NCBI GenBank assembly: GCA_964188305.1 | Contig: OZ076895.1 | Direction: 5' to 3' (one strand) | Length of the DNA: 64,000 nt | DNA from: Podarcis bocagei | Lineage: Eukaryota | Shown here: piece by piece, positions 60,465 to 64,000 of the stretch | How the letters are laid out: each line of letters starts with the position of its first letter | Position numbering within the stretch: the stretch's first letter is position 1 | Made by a program: the position numbers and the translations under genes | The notes under the pieces: model-generated | What the model was told of the DNA's origin: nothing | What the model saw: the letters and a program-made list of their open reading frames with translations, nothing else | Databases searched by the model: none

Positions 60465-63142
60465 TAATATTTGGTACTCTTTGCTTAAAATGTGTCTCAA
60501 AGTTCTCTTGATTGAAAGGTACGGTACTCATCACATGACAGGGCCTTTTCAGCAGTCTCTGTAGGCAGAGTCCTTGCTGGAGCTCTTGTTATTCTTGTTA
60601 TTCTTTGTTTAATAAACGAAGTTGGTTTACCTTGGGTTTACCTCTTGGTTAAATAATATGTTTATTGCAGTACTGCAGACTATGCTGCCAAACTATTTCA
60701 GATAATTATTAGTTGCCCTGGGCTCTTGTTCACCTGAATAAAATGTCATTGCAGAAGTGCATTTAGGTATGTGATGGCGCTTAAATAAGTAGGAACACAT
60801 TGGGTAATAAATAACCAACTAAGTCATATTTAGGTAGACCTAAACTGAGTGATTATCACTAACATTGGATATCACCTGTTGACATTAATGTCCAGCTATG
60901 TGAAGGATTTTTAATGGAGTGACCTGATATTTATCTTTGTAGAGAGTTGAGATAGCATTAATGTTGTTCCCTTGTTTTTTCAGCTCTGAAAAGCAGCACT
61001 AAATATTTAATAGACTTATGAAAACCATCAATATTTTTTTTTTACAGGTAGAAGCTTAATAGAACAGCTCTGCTTGAGAAAGGAGTTTAGTATAAGACTG
61101 ACACCTTTATTCTATAAACCCTAGATGTCTGGCTTGGTTCCCATAACTTAGTGTCCTCCTTCCTTGCATCCCAATTTATGGCCCCTTTCTGGTCACCAGG
61201 TGTGATTCATCCACCCTCTTTTGCAACTTTCCTTTAGCAGTGCTGTGTTTGTCTGCATCTCTTCCTCTTTGTCAGGTCTTGAAAGCAGTTGCTAAGGAAT
61301 GCTCCATAGCAACCAAAGGCAGGAAAAACCTGCCCACCTAGTTCAGTTTATTTAATATTCAGCTATTTATGAATAAGTTTAGTGAGCTGTGCAGGGGTGG
61401 GAGGGAATAGGTAGGAGGAGTGGGCTGGTGATCACGCAACACATTAGACATGGCTGCCTATTATTTGAGAGGAGAAAGAAATTCTCACATAACTGCCTTT
61501 ATTACTTTAGTCTGAAAAGGACCTTGGCAATATGACTTTCTCCTATACATATTGTCTTTCACATTCCATATTGGAGTACTCTGATGGAGTACTCTTGTCT
61601 GTGACAATGGATTTGTTAGTCTGCAATCCTAACCCCACAAACCTGGGAGTAAGCCTCATTGAATTCTGTAAGACTTACTTCTGAGTAGACATCTGAGTAT
61701 TGTATCTATTTAGATATACTATCCTTTGCAAAAGTCACAGAGCAGTTTATAACAGGCAAATTGATAACGCAATGCATAAAATCCATAAAATAACACAATC
61801 CATATAAGCACATAACAAATCACTGTAGTGCAATTGCTAATAGCAGCAGCAATCAGGTCCTTCCCTCTTCAGGCACCTGCTAAAAAAGGTGCAGCTGAAC
61901 TATCTGCCAAAGGTGAGGCCAAATGCACCTTGATAGGGAGGGAACTCAACATAAAAGGAGCTGCCACTGCAAATGCCCTTTTCCACATACCTCATCCTGA
62001 GAAGAGAGCACCATGAGGACTCATCTGCTGATCTTGAAACATGGGCAAACTATTATTCAAGAAGGAATTCTTGCAGATATCTGTGTCCCAAGCTGTTTAG
62101 AGCTTGCCTGGTGCCCTCATTACATATCTTTAGGTGCCAGGCAAAAACATTTCTCTATAACCAGGCCGTTGGCTGATTAACATTCCATGGCCTTTTAAAT
62201 GTGTGTGTGGGATGGGGATTATGGATTTGTTGTTTGGTTTTTGTTTTATTATGTATTTTGCGCTCTCATTTTGTATTTCTATGCTATGATCTTCAGATGA
62301 AAGGCAGTAAACAAATTTTAGTAATAATGATGATAATAGATCTTCATAGGAGTCAAAAAGTGTCTCTGTATATGAATTAGGACTGAGCCAAAAATGTCCA
62401 TCCAACATTGGTTTAATTTTCCGCAGGTTTTAAAAAAAACTTTTCAAATGGTGTTTCCGACAGTCACCTCAAAACTTTAGATAGTTTTCTTCCATGTTGT
62501 AGATACTGCTCAGGAGCCATGCAGGCAGCCCCAAAATGCAACAGAGCCAGGGATTAGTAGAATGCTGCAAAATTGATTTATGAACATGATAGTCTAGGCA
62601 GCCTTGGACTACCATATTATTTATAATAATTTATGTAGTTCTTTGAACATATAGGGTTCTCTAGAATTTTTTTCTCATTCTTTCCTTGGAATAGTTCCTT
62701 GAGATTTCCTGGTCTGAAAAATGGAAATCAAGCCCAAGAGTAACTAGGCCACCATACAAATCCCTTAGTGACCAAGAGGTCTTCCAGTGTAACAACATTT
62801 TGTTAATGTATCCAAGTTGTGAGGAAATGCAACTTCTCAAGAAAGTTGTTTTCACTTCTTGCTGCTACTCAGAGTGAAAGTGACAGGTGAGAAAACTGTA
62901 TCGAGAAAGTGTGTTCAAATATCGAGAAACTTGAACAGGTTTTCATATTTAGAAACAAAAGAATTGTCACTGCTCATCTTTGTGAAGGTCTGTTTGACTT
63001 TTTTCTTGCAGTAGCCTCCAACGTGGAGATTCTGAACCATTTCAGTCCTGGCAATGTCTGCTTTTGCTTGGGAAAAGCAACAGGCAGTGAACCTCTGAGG
63101 CCTACTGTGTCAGGTTTGTATTTATATTTCATAGTAAACACC

Positions 63143-63270
63143 AGTAATGGGGAACTGTTGGCCCCCCAGGTGATGTAGGACTGCACCTCCCATAATTCCT
63201 AGCCATTGGTTGCAACTGTTGGGCGCTGAAGTCCAGCAGTGTATGGAGGGCCACAGGTTTCCACCCCTGG
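63143..63270. mobile_element. Short hAT MITE
   Basis: ggggaactgttggcccc ... gggccacaggtttccacccctg. Confidence 0.65.
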
Positions 63271-63414
63271 CATATACCAACTACTAGCTGTCAAGGGAAA
63301 CCTGTGTAGGGAACACCATATATTATTTTTACAGAGACAGTCAATGGTGTTAACATTTTTCTGGAAAGGTTGGAGTTGAAAATCTGAAGTCTAATGTTTT
63401 ACATTGTTTGTGTG

Positions 63415-63478
63415 CTGTAAGCTGCCCAGAATGGCTGGGGAGACCCAGACAGATGGGCGGGGTATAATGATGATGATG
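63415..63478 (+). mobile_element. L2-like 3' tail fragment
   Basis: tgtaagctgcccaga...gatgggcggggtata followed by (ATG)n. Confidence 0.55.
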
Positions 63479-64000
63479 AAATGGACATAAAGTCTCATGG
63501 TGACTCCCTTAGCTAGACTTGTGTAACTGAATCGTTAAATTAAATGCTACCATATCCTGCTTGTCAATACTTCCATCTTCATGCTTTAATTATAGGAAGC
63601 TATACTCATTCTGTTACTTTTAATTTAAAGCTTAACATTTAGACCTGTCCCATAATGCGCTGAAAACTACACCAGCGGCAGTTTAAGTGCTAGGACAAAC
63701 ATAATGCAAGATCAGACATAATGTGTGCTAGGACAAACATATACATGCAGGCCTTGCTATCTGTACACTTACTATCTTAAAATTCACTTATCTACATATA
63801 AAGAATTATGCCCAAACTTCATTATATGCATTGCAGATTCAGATATCTGAACATTTGGTTTCCTTATTTCCTTGTTTGTGCTTTGCTGTCTGGAGGCAGC
63901 CGTTTTCAAACAGACACAATGGACAGAGGGAGATGGGAGCAGGAGAGATTGGATAAATTTGTTTGTTTTTATTTGTCTCTCTTTTGCTGATGGACTGCAG

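Noticed and set aside
63687-63741. Short direct repeat gtgctaggacaaacata
   Set aside because: A local tandem duplication with no structural or functional signal; same for ataatagagaccag near 39636-39677.
56220-64000. SGSM3 coding exons
   Set aside because: No segment translating to recognisable SGSM3 was found; treated as a repeat-rich first intron.

Overview
This is vertebrate (squamate, probably lacertid lizard) genomic DNA, judged from Sauria SINEs, tRNA-Lys/CR1 SINEs and CR1/L2 LINE remnants. It covers the conserved TNRC6B-ADSL-SGSM3 block, all on the + strand. (1) The last 13 coding exons of TNRC6B (GW182 paralog; 5194-22099; Q-rich region, PAM2, RRM) are followed by an approximately 12 kb, transposon-poor 3' UTR with two assembly gaps. 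(2) A complete 13-exon ADSL (adenylosuccinate lyase; 36851-53317; 481 aa) has its own CpG-island promoter. (3) A CpG-island promoter and probable non-coding first exon near 55.6 kb is assigned to SGSM3 by synteny only. Introns hold many non-autonomous DNA transposons (Tigger-like, Tc2-like, hAT) and SINEs. I see no evidence for a wholly new gene system. The best leads are post-transcriptional: a candidate poison or terminal exon in TNRC6B, a proximal versus distal poly(A) choice, a preserved MIR carrying a let-7 8mer, a duplicated 28-nt hairpin in the UTR, a Pro-to-Ala change in the ADSL catalytic loop, a GAG acceptor, and a composite hAT element. Exon boundaries were read by eye from GT-AG signals and frame continuity. 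Homologies and repeat family names come from recall, not database searches.
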